From: Candidatus Poribacteria bacterium
Lineage (GTDB): Bacteria; Poribacteria; WGA-4E; PCPOR2b
Length of the DNA: 64,000 bases
Direction of reading: 5' to 3'
Assembly (NCBI GenBank): GCA_965198175.1
Contig: OZ240245.1
Span: forward strand, 1,984,001-2,048,000
Below the pieces are notes generated by a model. That model did not search any database, had not been told where the DNA came from, and saw only the letters and a program-made list of their open reading frames with translations. Positions within the stretch are counted from its first letter, which is position 1; the number at the start of each line of letters is the position of its first letter. Shown here piece by piece: positions 1 through 9,909 of the stretch. A program made the position numbers and the translations under genes.

Positions 1-786
1 CGAGAAAGTGATAATATTGAAATAGTCATCGTTTCCAAGCGAAAACATTGATTCTTTAATCGATTCGAGTGCGAGCTCGAGCTTCTTCAATCCTGCCGCT
101 TGCATGCTAGCAGAGACATCAAGGCAATAGACAATGTGTTGCGGTCCTTCAAATTCGTCGAGAAAATCGATAATACCCAATCTATCGGCAATTCCTGAAT
201 TTCCACCCCCGCCAAGGAGTCCGTCTTTGGAGTCGCCGTAGGAATCAATCCCGAATATCCCGTTGCGTTGCCCACGTACCCGCACACGTCCTGTGACCTC
301 ACCCTGCCCGTCAACCCGTCCACGGTGGGACACTAGTCGTTCAAGATTTGAAGCTTCGGCATCCCGAAGTTGCGCGTCGGTCATTATTTCAGGAATCTTC
401 TCATTTGGCGCTGCTGTGTTCATTTCGACATTTTCGTACACAATCCGTTCACTGAGACGCATAACCTCTCGCATTTTGTTCGGTGATGACTCGGCGAGTT
501 TGTTTTTTGCCTCGCGTGCAAGAGGTTTGTCGGGGCTATAGACTTTCATTTTCAGCGGCGGTTTGGTCCGGAGCTTTCGCAGTTGCGGTTTAGGTACGTT
601 CTTGACCCATTCAACTGCTATGCTATCGTCGTGTTCGACAGGCTCCTGCTGGAGGGCAAAAAGATAGATGATTGCAGCAATGAGGTGTACGATTAAAGAC
701 AGAAGTAACGCCGATCGACCCCGAATTTTGCTGCGCTCAATCTGCTCTTGTCTGGTAGCCAATGTTGCCGATTGTAAAGGCGCCAT
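1..786 (-). CDS. Membrane-anchored von Willebrand factor A (vWA) domain protein, partial (runs off left edge)
   Basis: Hand translation from ATG at 786 (RBS GAGAGGA) is open to position 1. N-terminal TM ALLLSLIVHLIAAIIYLFAL, then the MIDAS motif IVYCLDVSASM and DYFNIITFS. Not in the ORF track because there is no stop in the window. Confidence 0.85.
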   Translation of the reverse strand, partial: MAPLQSATLATRQEQIERSKIRGRSALLLSLIVHLIAAIIYLFALQQEPVEHDDSIAVEWVKNVPKPQLRKLRTKPPLKMKVYSPDKPLAREAKNKLAESSPNKMREVMRLSERIVYENVEMNTAAPNEKIPEIMTDAQLRDAEASNLERLVSHRGRVDGQGEVTGRVRVRGQRNGIFGIDSYGDSKDGLLGGGGNSGIADRLGIIDFLDEFEGPQHIVYCLDVSASMQAAGLKKLELALESIKESMFSLGNDDYFNIITFS

Positions 787-949
787 GATGGATTCCTCTC
801 ATGATGGTTTCCTCTGTTGATCGGGCAAACCTTTAAAACTTAGATTGACTTGCCATAGGTTGCGGGAGGCTTACGCTATCACTTGGTGAAACTTCAAGTT
901 AACGGCTTAAACGGCTCATCCAGACGAGACTTGGTGTTGTCACATAAAT

Positions 950-2320
950 TCAAATCTTAATCTGTTCCCACCGGCTGCTGCGGAAGCGCAGAAAGTAAGT
1001 CATTCCAAGGAGTATGACATAAATCGTGGCTCCCACCCACGCACCCACAACACCGAACCCTAAAAAAACGCCAAGCCAATAAGCGAGCGGAAGAAATAGC
1101 AACCATGCGTAACCAATGCCAACCCACATCGTGAAAAGCGTATCCCCCGCTCCTTTGAGCGCGCCCACCGAACAGATTCCGAATGCATCTGAAATTTGGA
1201 AGATAGCGGCAAAAAACAGGATGTGCTTTCCAAGTCGCGCGACCTCCACGTCCGGCGTAACTAACGAGAACAGCCATTCCGGAACTGTAAAGAACACAAT
1301 CGCAGCCACCAAGGTGTAAGCAACCCCCATTTTGATTGTCGTGTAACCGCTCTTTCGAGCGTAATGTAGTTCATTGGATCCGATATATTGTCCGACCAAT
1401 GTTGTCGCCGCCAGAGAGATTCCGTGTAGGGGCATAAACGACGTGGAAATTAAAGTGATTACCGCAGTATTCGCCGCAAGTGCTACATCGCTCATCTGCC
1501 CGATAAAAGCGGTGAATACCGTAAAGCTCAATAGGTCCAGAAAAAACTGAACCCCCATCGGCGCTCCAATTCGGAGAATGCGGCGCAATTCGCTGAAATC
1601 TAGCTGAAAACAGGAGCGTGTTTTGAAGGTTTGGTTGGATTTCCGTGAGAGGAAAACAGCGAGATAGCCAATTGCCGCGACGATACCCGCAATGACCGTG
1701 GCAATGGCGGCACCCGCGACTTCTAGCCTAGGGAAACCGAAATGTCCAAATATGAGTAGTAAGTCGAGGACGATGTTTACGATGTTCGCAACTAGCTCAA
1801 TCCACATCGGGGTTTGTGTGTCGCCGATGCCGCGTAGAAAGCTACTCACCCCAAAGGAGATGAAGAGGTTAATCCCACCGTACAACCGTATTTGTGTGTA
1901 GATGACCCCCAATCGTTGAACTTCTGCAGAAGGGTTCATCACGGCAAAAAGAAATTCCGTGAATCGACTCAACAGCAACACCACTAGGTACGATCCGAGC
2001 GCCAAGTAAAGTCCCTGCCAAGTTGCAACGGCGACACCGCGTCGATCTTCCGAACCGTAGCGTTGTGCAACGAAGGTATTGATGCTGACGAGCAATCCGT
2101 TGAAGAAAGAAAACAGTGTCCACGCCAATAGTCCAGCAAACCCGACTGCCGCTAGTTCAACCGCGCCGAGCCTTCCGACCATCGCCGTATCCACAAACAT
2201 CATCACGGTACGCGACGTCATCGTGATTACAACGGGATACCCCAAAATCCAGACTTCACGGTAGCCACCAGGAGCAATTATACGCTTCTTGCCATTGAGC
2301 CGCTCTTCGTTTTGCTGCAA
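950..2320 (-). CDS. MATE family efflux transporter (NorM-like)
   Basis: 456 aa with about 12 hydrophobic segments and a two-repeat structure; MATE motifs VDTAMVGRLG, RGIGDTQTPM, NIVNIVLD, KGAGDT. Confidence 0.93.
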   Translation of the reverse strand: MQQNEERLNGKKRIIAPGGYREVWILGYPVVITMTSRTVMMFVDTAMVGRLGAVELAAVGFAGLLAWTLFSFFNGLLVSINTFVAQRYGSEDRRGVAVATWQGLYLALGSYLVVLLLSRFTEFLFAVMNPSAEVQRLGVIYTQIRLYGGINLFISFGVSSFLRGIGDTQTPMWIELVANIVNIVLDLLLIFGHFGFPRLEVAGAAIATVIAGIVAAIGYLAVFLSRKSNQTFKTRSCFQLDFSELRRILRIGAPMGVQFFLDLLSFTVFTAFIGQMSDVALAANTAVITLISTSFMPLHGISLAATTLVGQYIGSNELHYARKSGYTTIKMGVAYTLVAAIVFFTVPEWLFSLVTPDVEVARLGKHILFFAAIFQISDAFGICSVGALKGAGDTLFTMWVGIGYAWLLFLPLAYWLGVFLGFGVVGAWVGATIYVILLGMTYFLRFRSSRWEQIKI

Positions 2321-2350
2321 TCATACCTTCCTATTCAATCAGCCCCTATC

Positions 2351-2905
2351 CTACAAGTTTCGACGAAATACGTCGCTGTCTTGTTTACTAGCATCTTGTG
2401 TCAACCCATTTCTTTCAAACATCTCAATCCACTTTTCTCCTCTAGGGGTCAATTCATAATAGGTATGATTCCGGTGCTTAATCCATTTGCCTTTGACGAT
2501 ATTCTTGCGATATTGGATGATTCGCCTTTCGACACGTTTCAAGCCGCCTATCCCCCGTAGTTTCCGATGCTGTTTGTAGGTTTCTTCCAATGGAATTGCG
2601 AGTGTTTCTGAGACAGCGATTGAATAGTCGATCCCAAACGTTTGATGATGCTTGAGGATAAGGTAATCTATCTTGTCTAGTGTGCCAAACACCGCATCGA
2701 CTTCAACCGGTTCAGCGTCTGTTGCTGTCGTCTGAATCTCCTGCCATGTCACATCGAGGAGTCGTTCTTGCCGCAGGTGTTTTAATGATGTGCAACTGGA
2801 ACGGTGAACGGCAATTGCACCATCTTCCTTAAAGTATCCGATAACGTGGTTTCCAACCTGTGGCGAGCAACACTTGGCGAGTTTGTAGGTGAGTTCTTCA
2901 GGCAT
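2351..2905 (-). CDS. Fusion of RelA/SpoT zinc-finger (RIS/ZFD) domain and DUF2250-like winged-helix domain
   Basis: N-half LAKCCSPQVGNHVIGY...AVHRSSC...ERLLDVTW matches the RelA CC domain pattern. C-half GIDYSIAVSETLAIPLEE...KHRNHTYYELTPRGE matches the DUF2250 pattern as recalled. Confidence 0.75.
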   Translation of the reverse strand: MPEELTYKLAKCCSPQVGNHVIGYFKEDGAIAVHRSSCTSLKHLRQERLLDVTWQEIQTTATDAEPVEVDAVFGTLDKIDYLILKHHQTFGIDYSIAVSETLAIPLEETYKQHRKLRGIGGLKRVERRIIQYRKNIVKGKWIKHRNHTYYELTPRGEKWIEMFERNGLTQDASKQDSDVFRRNL

Positions 2906-2940
2906 TTTTTCACCGCTTCAGTAAGATGCACCTTCACGTC

Positions 2941-4221
2941 TCACGAATCTCTGCCCAATACCCGATGCCCAATGTCCTTCCGAAAATGGGCTCGATCGAA
3001 ATGGATTTCTGCGACTCCGTTATATGCGCGATCAATCGCCTCTCTGACGTCACTTGCCAGCGCTGTAACCCCTAGCACACGCCCGCCATCAGTGACGATA
3101 TGTTCATTTTCCGACTTTGTGCCAGCGTGAAAGACAGTCACGCCACCCACCGCATTTGCAGCTTCTAACCCGGCGATTGCTTTGCCTTTCTCGTAAGCAC
3201 TTGGATAACCGCCGGATGCCATAACTACACAAACCGCCGCTCCCGGTTTCCATTCAACTTGAATCTCATCCAGTCCTCCGTCGACGCACGCATCGAGCAA
3301 CGGGACAAGATCGCTACCCATACGCGGCAACAGCACCTGCGCTTCTGGATCGCCGAAACGACAGTTGAACTCCAATACTTTCACCTCCGCCCCGGCAATC
3401 ATCAAGCCGACGTACAGCACACCTTTGAAAGGACGTCCCGCCTCACTCATCGCCCTGATAGTCGGATAAACAACCGTATTCATCACTTGGATGTGTATTT
3501 CAGGGGTGATAGCAGGCGCCGGGGAGTAGGCGCCCATGCCACCGGTGTTCTTCCCTCGATCGCTGTCCAGTGCCGGTTTGTGATCTTGAGAACTGACCAA
3601 AGGAAGACAATACATACCGTCGGTCAACACAGTGAACGAAGCCTCTTCCCCAGCTAGAAGTTCTTCGATGACGACCTTACTCCCTGCGCTTCCGAAGGCG
3701 CGATCTACCATAATCTGCTCAACTGCCCTGATGGCTTCCTCCGGCGTTTGACCGCGAATGGCGCCCTTGCCTGCGGCGAGCCCATCCGCCTTGACGAAGA
3801 CAGGGGTGTTAATCCCTTTGAGATACGCAATCGCTGCATCTGGATTATCGAATGTGTGGTGTGCTGCCGTTGGAATGTTGTTGTCAACCATTAACTGCTT
3901 GGCGAAGTCCTTGCTGGCTTCAAGGATTGCCGCCTTCCGACTAGGTCCAAACGCTCGGAGTCCACGTTCATGAAAGACATCGACTAAACCATTCGCCAAC
4001 GGCTGCTCGGGGCCAACGACAGCCAGATCAATCCCTTCAGTTTCGGCAAAGTCCGCGAGTTCTGCAAAGGTTTTTTCCAATGGAATCGACCGGCAATCGG
4101 CGATTTGGGCAATGCCGGGGTTACCCGGAACGCAATATACCTTTTCAACAGCCGCGCTCTGGGAAATCTTCCACGCGATGGCGTGTTCTCTTCCGCCCCC
4201 GCCGATAACTAAAACTTTCAT
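2941..4221 (-). CDS. purD: Phosphoribosylamine-glycine ligase
   Basis: MKVLVIGGGGREHAIAWK, KADGLAAGKG, NTGGMGAYSP, EFNCRFGDPE, VFHAGT. Confidence 0.98.
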   Translation of the reverse strand: MKVLVIGGGGREHAIAWKISQSAAVEKVYCVPGNPGIAQIADCRSIPLEKTFAELADFAETEGIDLAVVGPEQPLANGLVDVFHERGLRAFGPSRKAAILEASKDFAKQLMVDNNIPTAAHHTFDNPDAAIAYLKGINTPVFVKADGLAAGKGAIRGQTPEEAIRAVEQIMVDRAFGSAGSKVVIEELLAGEEASFTVLTDGMYCLPLVSSQDHKPALDSDRGKNTGGMGAYSPAPAITPEIHIQVMNTVVYPTIRAMSEAGRPFKGVLYVGLMIAGAEVKVLEFNCRFGDPEAQVLLPRMGSDLVPLLDACVDGGLDEIQVEWKPGAAVCVVMASGGYPSAYEKGKAIAGLEAANAVGGVTVFHAGTKSENEHIVTDGGRVLGVTALASDVREAIDRAYNGVAEIHFDRAHFRKDIGHRVLGRDS

Positions 4222-4330
4222 TTCTCTCCTTCTGATTTCTTCATACTTGTTGCCTCACGCCCATGAATTCCCAATTTTCACAGGGAATGGGTTTTGATGA
4301 GACATCCGATACAAACTTAACTGCTATCGG

Positions 4331-5449
4331 TTAAGCCTCCTCATGCGCGAAGAGCGCATCAACAAAATCGCGCGGAACAAAGTCGCGTAAATCGTCGAGT
4401 TTTTCACCGATCCCAATCAATTTGACAGGCGCACCGATTTCCTCCTTCACGGCAATGACAATTCCACCCTTCGCGGTACCGTCAAGCTTTGTCACAGCGA
4501 CGCCCGTAACAGGCACGGCTTCATTAAAGGTTTTCGCCTGCATGATTGCATTCTGACCGGCTGTCCCGTCGAGGACAAGCAGGACTTCATGCGGGGCATC
4601 CGCAAGTCCACGCGCCATGACTCTCCCAATCTTCGATAACTGGTCCATCAAGGGCTTCTTCGTATGAAGCCGCCCTGCAGTATCGACGAGAAGCACATCA
4701 ACCTGTCGCGCCTTCGCAGCTTGGACGGCATCAAAGACAACCGATGCAGGGTCTGAACCGTGGCTGCCTCTGATAAGTTCGCTACCCGCGCGATTGCACC
4801 AAATTGCCAGTTGATCCTCGGCAGCCGCGCGAAACGTATCTCCAGCTGCCACGAGCACACGCTTTCCCTCAGATCTGAATCGATGCGCGAGTTTGCCAAT
4901 TGTCGTTGTTTTACCAGAACCATTAACGCCCAATATCAGAATCGTGTACGGCTGACGCCCTTCGACATCAATGCGTTCTTCCGTTTGTCCGAGCACATCC
5001 AGAATTTCCCCCTTGAGAATTTCTTCTAATTCGGAAGGTTGCTTTAACCCCTTTGTCTTGACCGCCTCCCGAACGTTATCCATTAACTTCATCGTAGTAT
5101 TGACGCCAACATCGGCTTGAATCAGGATCCCCTCGATTTCTTCCAGCAAATCTTCATCAATGCTGTTGCCGCTGCGCAGAAGACTACCGATCTGACCAAT
5201 GAGATGATGCCGTGTTTTTGCCAGTCCCGCCTTAAGACGACTGAACCAGTTGCGCTTCTCTGTTTCCACATCGCCCGATGAATCAGTCTGTCGAGATGAT
5301 TGCGTACCCGGCTTCTCAGCAGGTATTTCTACGGCTTCAGAAGAGATTCCAGATTCCGCCGATCTCTGCTGCTCCTTCTGGGTTTGTTCCTGTGATTTGT
5401 CAGCCTTTTCTCGTTTGAATGGGTTCCTTAACATTGACGCCTTTCTCAT
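4331..5449 (-). CDS. ftsY: Signal recognition particle receptor FtsY
   Basis: GVNGSGKTTT, DTFRAAA, DTAGR, TKLDGTAKGG, GIGEKLDDL; charged N-terminal extension. Confidence 0.98.
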   Translation of the reverse strand: MRKASMLRNPFKREKADKSQEQTQKEQQRSAESGISSEAVEIPAEKPGTQSSRQTDSSGDVETEKRNWFSRLKAGLAKTRHHLIGQIGSLLRSGNSIDEDLLEEIEGILIQADVGVNTTMKLMDNVREAVKTKGLKQPSELEEILKGEILDVLGQTEERIDVEGRQPYTILILGVNGSGKTTTIGKLAHRFRSEGKRVLVAAGDTFRAAAEDQLAIWCNRAGSELIRGSHGSDPASVVFDAVQAAKARQVDVLLVDTAGRLHTKKPLMDQLSKIGRVMARGLADAPHEVLLVLDGTAGQNAIMQAKTFNEAVPVTGVAVTKLDGTAKGGIVIAVKEEIGAPVKLIGIGEKLDDLRDFVPRDFVDALFAHEEA

Positions 5450-5538
5450 GAGTAGAATTAAATGGGACTGCCAAAAACTCGGTTCCCCTTCACGTTTTTC
5501 ACCTTCTTATTACACAAGCCGGACTATTTTATCTCACA

Positions 5539-5964
5539 TTAGGGGCGATTGATAATCCCCGACTCCGTTGTAATCTTCGCTTTTCGCTTCGGTCTTTCAT
5601 GTAAATGCCCATGCCCTGGTAGAGCCATCCCCAAACGCACAGATGGTTTGTCTCCTTTTGGGAAGATGTGGTGGAAACATCGTGCTGGGACATAGACAAA
5701 ATCCCCTGCCGCTGCCTTAACCGGCCGATCTTCGCGCCCCTCAATGACCCACTCAATCTCGCCTTCAAGCACCACCCACCACTCATCATAATCGTGGCAA
5801 TGACGGTCGTTAATCTGCCCTGGATTCTGGTAAATCACCACGCCTACCACGTGTTCTGTCAGGACAACTGGATGAGACCAGGGCGGAGGTCCCATCTCAC
5901 GCTTGATTTCCTCAAGACTGATATTGTTAAGCGTTGCACTCAGAATCGGCGTGTTCAGCGGCAT
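5539..5964 (-). CDS. Cupin domain protein
   Basis: Cupin motifs HCHDYDEWWVVLEG and GDFVYVPARCFH; RBS AGGAG. Confidence 0.85.
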   Translation of the reverse strand: MPLNTPILSATLNNISLEEIKREMGPPPWSHPVVLTEHVVGVVIYQNPGQINDRHCHDYDEWWVVLEGEIEWVIEGREDRPVKAAAGDFVYVPARCFHHIFPKGDKPSVRLGMALPGHGHLHERPKRKAKITTESGIINRP

Positions 5965-6012
5965 GGTATTCTCCTTTGGAGCTTTGTGGACAACGACAAT
6001 TTCTACCTTATT

Positions 6013-6053
6013 AAGAAAAGAAGGCTGAAGGGTAGGAAAAACCTTCAGCCTTC
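6013..6053 (-). terminator. Intrinsic terminator downstream of the cyclophilin pair
   Basis: 12-bp stem GAAGGCTGAAGG/CCTTCAGCCTTC followed by TTTTCTT on the minus strand. Confidence 0.8.
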
Positions 6054-6105
6054 ATGAGCTTATCGCTTCATTCCTGACGTATCTTTGTCTAGAGAGTGGC
6101 GAACT

Positions 6106-6675
6106 TTAGCCTTTCTCGCGGATGCTGATTTTCGTAATTTTGTCGCCTGGCTTGAGTTCATCTAGCACATCAAGACCCTTGACGACTTTTCCAAATACTG
6201 CGTATTGACCAACGGGCTCAAGCTCAATGAGGCAGATGTAGAATTCGGAGGCGTGTGATTCTGCAGCCCCATCGCCTGCCATCGCAATAGCCCCTTTTAC
6301 ATGGCGCTGATCATTTTTCTCCAATGGAATTGTGTCAGCGACTAAGGGAGAACCTGCTTGAATGGTTTCGCCGGGGTTGTCGGTGTGAAACGACCTACCG
6401 TTGTAATATCCCAACCGGGCGTTCTTGATGAAGTTCTTTACTGTTTGGGATGCATCGGCGGGATAGAATTCCACTTCCATCATTCCTTTAGCTGTCTCAA
6501 TAACAGCGATAGCGTTGTGAATGTCAATCTGCGGGGCTTTTTTCTGCACTGGCTGCACACTTCTCGTCGGACGCGCTTTCGGCGCGGGCGGCTCTTTTTT
6601 TTCTTGTGAGCAACTTGCGAGAAATATAACCCACAGCGTTACGAGAAACATCGAAGCAAAACGCATGATGCACAT
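6106..6675 (-). CDS. Cyclophilin-like lipoprotein, degenerate active site
   Basis: Lipobox FLASC; cyclophilin scaffold (TVKNFI, YYNG.SFH, GAIAMA, FYI, YAVFGKVVKGLDV) but FHR is FHT and SQF is SEF. Start at 6675 or 6666. Confidence 0.8.
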   Translation of the reverse strand: MCIMRFASMFLVTLWVIFLASCSQEKKEPPAPKARPTRSVQPVQKKAPQIDIHNAIAVIETAKGMMEVEFYPADASQTVKNFIKNARLGYYNGRSFHTDNPGETIQAGSPLVADTIPLEKNDQRHVKGAIAMAGDGAAESHASEFYICLIELEPVGQYAVFGKVVKGLDVLDELKPGDKITKISIREKG

Positions 6676-6682
6676 TCGGTTG

Positions 6683-7255
6683 CTACTGAGGCGTAACATA
6701 CTTTGACTTCACCTCCAATCGAACGGTTTTCATGATGTCGCCAATCTCCAACAGATCGACAACGTCCATGCCTTGGATGACCCGACCAAACGTTGTATAT
6801 CGTCCGTCGAGATGAGGTTGCGGTTTGAGGCAAATGTAAAATTGACTCCCCGCTGAGTTAGGGGCGTTTGTCCGAGCCATTGCGACTATCCCTCTCAAGT
6901 GAGGACGTTGGTTCGGATGGGTATACTCGTCAACGATGGTATAACCGGGACCACCGGTACCATCTCCGTTTGGATCGCCTCCCTGAATAATGTTCAAACT
7001 TTGATTGTCCACCTTGCGATGAAATGTAAGCCCATTGTAAAACCGTTTCTTGATCAGTTTTTCGAAGTTCTCAACGGTGACAGGCGCCGCATCCGGGTAC
7101 AACTCAATAACAAACTTCCCTTTCGTCGTTCTCATCGCGACGACCTGCTCCTCTGAAGACTCACTGGCGCCCGAAATCATCGAACAGGCCGTCCAAACGG
7201 ATGGGGCGATCAGAAGAACGAGAGCATCAATGGTAAACAGAAGATGTCTTGGCAT
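6683..7255 (-). CDS. Peptidyl-prolyl cis-trans isomerase, cyclophilin type (probable lipoprotein)
   Basis: Intact FYNGLTFHR, IQGGDP, AMART, SAGSQFYI, HLDGRYTTFG. ATG 7255 has RBS AAGGGGAG (ORF-track start 7432 is too long). Confidence 0.93.
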   Translation of the reverse strand: MPRHLLFTIDALVLLIAPSVWTACSMISGASESSEEQVVAMRTTKGKFVIELYPDAAPVTVENFEKLIKKRFYNGLTFHRKVDNQSLNIIQGGDPNGDGTGGPGYTIVDEYTHPNQRPHLRGIVAMARTNAPNSAGSQFYICLKPQPHLDGRYTTFGRVIQGMDVVDLLEIGDIMKTVRLEVKSKYVTPQ

Positions 7256-7321
7256 CAACTCCCCTTTTTTGGTTGTGAAGCGATAGTAGTTTGCAGAGAT
7301 GATTTTTTTCCGGTGCTTATT

Positions 7322-7414
7322 AGCATAGCAAAAAGCCAATGAAAAGTCAAGATTTTCGTGCAAATTCTCGTTTCCTCCTTTCCGCTTGATTTTTTTCCAT
7401 GCTTGATGTATAAT
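7322..7414. promoter_or_regulatory. Divergent sigma70-type promoter pair (cyclophilins / leuCD)
   Basis: Minus: TTGACT-17-TATGCT (7350..7322). Plus: TTGATT-17-TATAAT (7386..7414). Confidence 0.65.
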
Positions 7415-7485
7415 TTCGCACGCCAAAAACACGAAGACCTATCGAACCCCTATGACATTTGAAAGCCCAAGCGTTAGGAGACAAG

Positions 7486-8889
7486 ATGAAACCGAGGACG
7501 ATGTTTGAAAAGATTTGGGACGCTCACATTGTACGTGAGGCACCGGGGGAAGCGACAATTCTATATATTGACACACATCTCATTCACGAAGTCACCTCCC
7601 CCCAAGCGTTTGAAGGCTTGAGACTCGCCGGGCGAAAAGTGCGATGCCCGCATCTCGCTTTTGCGACGATGGATCACAATGTGCCGACAACGGACAGATC
7701 GCTCCCAATCACGGACCAGATTGCTGCCAAACAGATAGAAACGTTGGCGAAAAATTGCAGTGAATTTGGGGTTACCTTGTACGACCTGCATAGTGCGAAA
7801 CAAGGTATAGTCCATGTGATTGGTCCTGAACTTGGGATTACGCAGCCCGGTAAGACGATTGTTTGCGGCGACAGCCACACCTCGACACACGGCGCGTTAG
7901 GGGCGCTTGCCTTCGGCATTGGAACTAGCGAGATTGAGCATGTTCTCGCGACACAATGCCTCCTGCAGCAGCGTCCAAAAACCTTTGAGGTTCGAATCGA
8001 GGGGCAACTGCCTCGACACGTAACCGCGAAGGATGTTATTCTGTCGATTATTGGCAAAATCGGAATCGGTGGCGGCACGGGAACCGTGATTGAATATGCA
8101 GGTTCAACGATTCGATCGCTTAGTATCGAGGAGCGGATGACGATTTGTAACATGTCCATCGAAGCCGGTGCGCGAGCCGGCATGGTTGCACCCGATGACA
8201 CGACCTACGAATATTTAGCGGACCGCGAGTTTGCACCGAAAGGAGAAGCCTTTTATCGAGCCGTCGAGCGCTGGAGCAGACTGTCGACCGACGACGGGGC
8301 GCAGTATGACAAATCAATCACCATTGATGCGGGAACGCTTGCACCACAAGTCACATGGGGAACCAACCCCGGTATGGTGACCGATGTGACAAGCGTTGTC
8401 CCAGATCCGGACGACATGCCGACACTCGATCAGAAAAGTGCAGTCCAACGTGCGCTTGAGTACATAAATCTCACACCGGGAACACGAATGACAGATGTTC
8501 AGGTTGACAAGGTGTTCATCGGCAGTTGTACAAATTCCCGTATCACGGACCTGCGAGCAGCAGCCGAAACGGTTAAAGGACGCAAGGTCGCTCAGACGGT
8601 GAATGCACTTGTTGTACCGGGTTCGCAAGCCGTCAAGCGGGAAGCCGAATCGGAAGGCTTGGATGACATCTTCCGCGCCGCCGGCTTTGAGTGGCGTGAG
8701 GCTGGATGTAGTATGTGCCTCGGCATGAATCCGGATATCCTGATGCCGGGACAGAGGTGTGCGAGCACGTCGAACCGAAATTTTGAGGGCAGGCAAGGAA
8801 AAGGCGGGCGAACACACCTTGTCAGTCCGCAAATGGCTGCGGCGGCTGCGATTGCCGGGCATTTCGTCGATGTTCGGACGTGGGAATAA
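7486..8889 (+). CDS. leuC: 3-isopropylmalate dehydratase large subunit
   Basis: [57 protein letters not shown] 7486 with RBS AGGAG. Confidence 0.98.
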   Translation: MKPRTMFEKIWDAHIVREAPGEATILYIDTHLIHEVTSPQAFEGLRLAGRKVRCPHLAFATMDHNVPTTDRSLPITDQIAAKQIETLAKNCSEFGVTLYDLHSAKQGIVHVIGPELGITQPGKTIVCGDSHTSTHGALGALAFGIGTSEIEHVLATQCLLQQRPKTFEVRIEGQLPRHVTAKDVILSIIGKIGIGGGTGTVIEYAGSTIRSLSIEERMTICNMSIEAGARAGMVAPDDTTYEYLADREFAPKGEAFYRAVERWSRLSTDDGAQYDKSITIDAGTLAPQVTWGTNPGMVTDVTSVVPDPDDMPTLDQKSAVQRALEYINLTPGTRMTDVQVDKVFIGSCTNSRITDLRAAAETVKGRKVAQTVNALVVPGSQAVKREAESEGLDDIFRAAGFEWREAGCSMCLGMNPDILMPGQRCASTSNRNFEGRQGKGGRTHLVSPQMAAAAAIAGHFVDVRTWE

Positions 8890-8944
8890 CACTTAATCGC
8901 AACACGCAACAATTTTCATCGGTTAGCCAACAGGAGACAGGAGA

Positions 8945-9538
8945 ATGGAAGCTTTTCGGAAGCACACGGGGCTTTGCGTCCCACTAAATCGAATCAATGT
9001 CGATACCGACCAAATTATCCCCAAGCAGTTTCTCAAACGCATAGAACGCACCGGTTTTGGCGCGTTTCTCTTCCACGATTGGCGTTTTCTTGACACCGGC
9101 GAACCCAATCCGGACTTCGTTTTGAACACCCCGCGATATCAGGGAGGTAGTATCATCGTCGCAGGGCTCAACTTTGGCTGTGGAAGCTCTCGTGAACATG
9201 CGCCCTGGGCGATCCAAGATTACGGTTTCGAGGCAGTTATCGCGCCGTCGTTCGGGGATATTTTCAGCAACAACTGCTACAAGAACGGCATCTTACCGGT
9301 CGTTTTGTCCGAGCAGACTGTTGCAGATCTCATTAGACAGATTGAGGTGCAAGAAGGCTACACGTTGACAATCGATCTCGAAACGCAGAACGTAACTCAA
9401 CCGGACGGGGTGATACACCCGTTTGAGATTGGTGATTTCCAGAAACAGTGCCTGCTAAACGGCTTGGATGAAATCGGTTGGACACTCCAGTTTGAATCGT
9501 CTATTGCTGAGTACGAGAGTCGAAGGGAAATCCATTAA
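8945..9538 (+). CDS. leuD: 3-isopropylmalate dehydratase small subunit
   Basis: [37 protein letters not shown]. Confidence 0.98.
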   Translation: MEAFRKHTGLCVPLNRINVDTDQIIPKQFLKRIERTGFGAFLFHDWRFLDTGEPNPDFVLNTPRYQGGSIIVAGLNFGCGSSREHAPWAIQDYGFEAVIAPSFGDIFSNNCYKNGILPVVLSEQTVADLIRQIEVQEGYTLTIDLETQNVTQPDGVIHPFEIGDFQKQCLLNGLDEIGWTLQFESSIAEYESRREIH

Positions 9539-9560
9539 GGTAGCGTGAATGCCCATAGAT

Positions 9561-9700
9561 GCTATAGTCAATTCCATTCATATTTACACATGTTTCGGTA
9601 GGTGCGGTTTCCAACCGCACCCGCGGACTAGATAAATACGGGTTCGGTTAGGAAACCGAACCTACCGCAGTGTATAAATAATTATCGGTTTTACTATAGC
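9561..9700. repeat. 140-bp MITE/REPIN-like element with an inverted pair of GTAG-type REP palindromes
   Basis: Terminal IR GCTATAGT/ACTATAGC. Internal GTAGGTGCGGTTTCCAACCGCACC (9598-9621) and an inverted copy GGTTCGGTTAGGAAACCGAACCTAC (9641-9665). Confidence 0.75.
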
Positions 9701-9909
9701 GGTCAAAAGTCGTAGAATAATGGCTATAGATGTGAACACTGCCCAACCGGCTCGACACGAATCCTATTTGTATCCGCTCAGAAACCCAACCAAAGAAACC
9801 AACGCCTATTTCACTGACCGCAACCACTGTTTCCGTCATTAAATTTTCAGATGGACACAACTAGACGGCTTTTTGACCACGACGTGTCTTGTCAAGTATC
9901 ATCTCATTG

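Noticed and set aside
9598..9665. Palindromic repeats as a CRISPR array
   Set aside because: Only two copies, inverted, and no cas genes; fits a REP doublet
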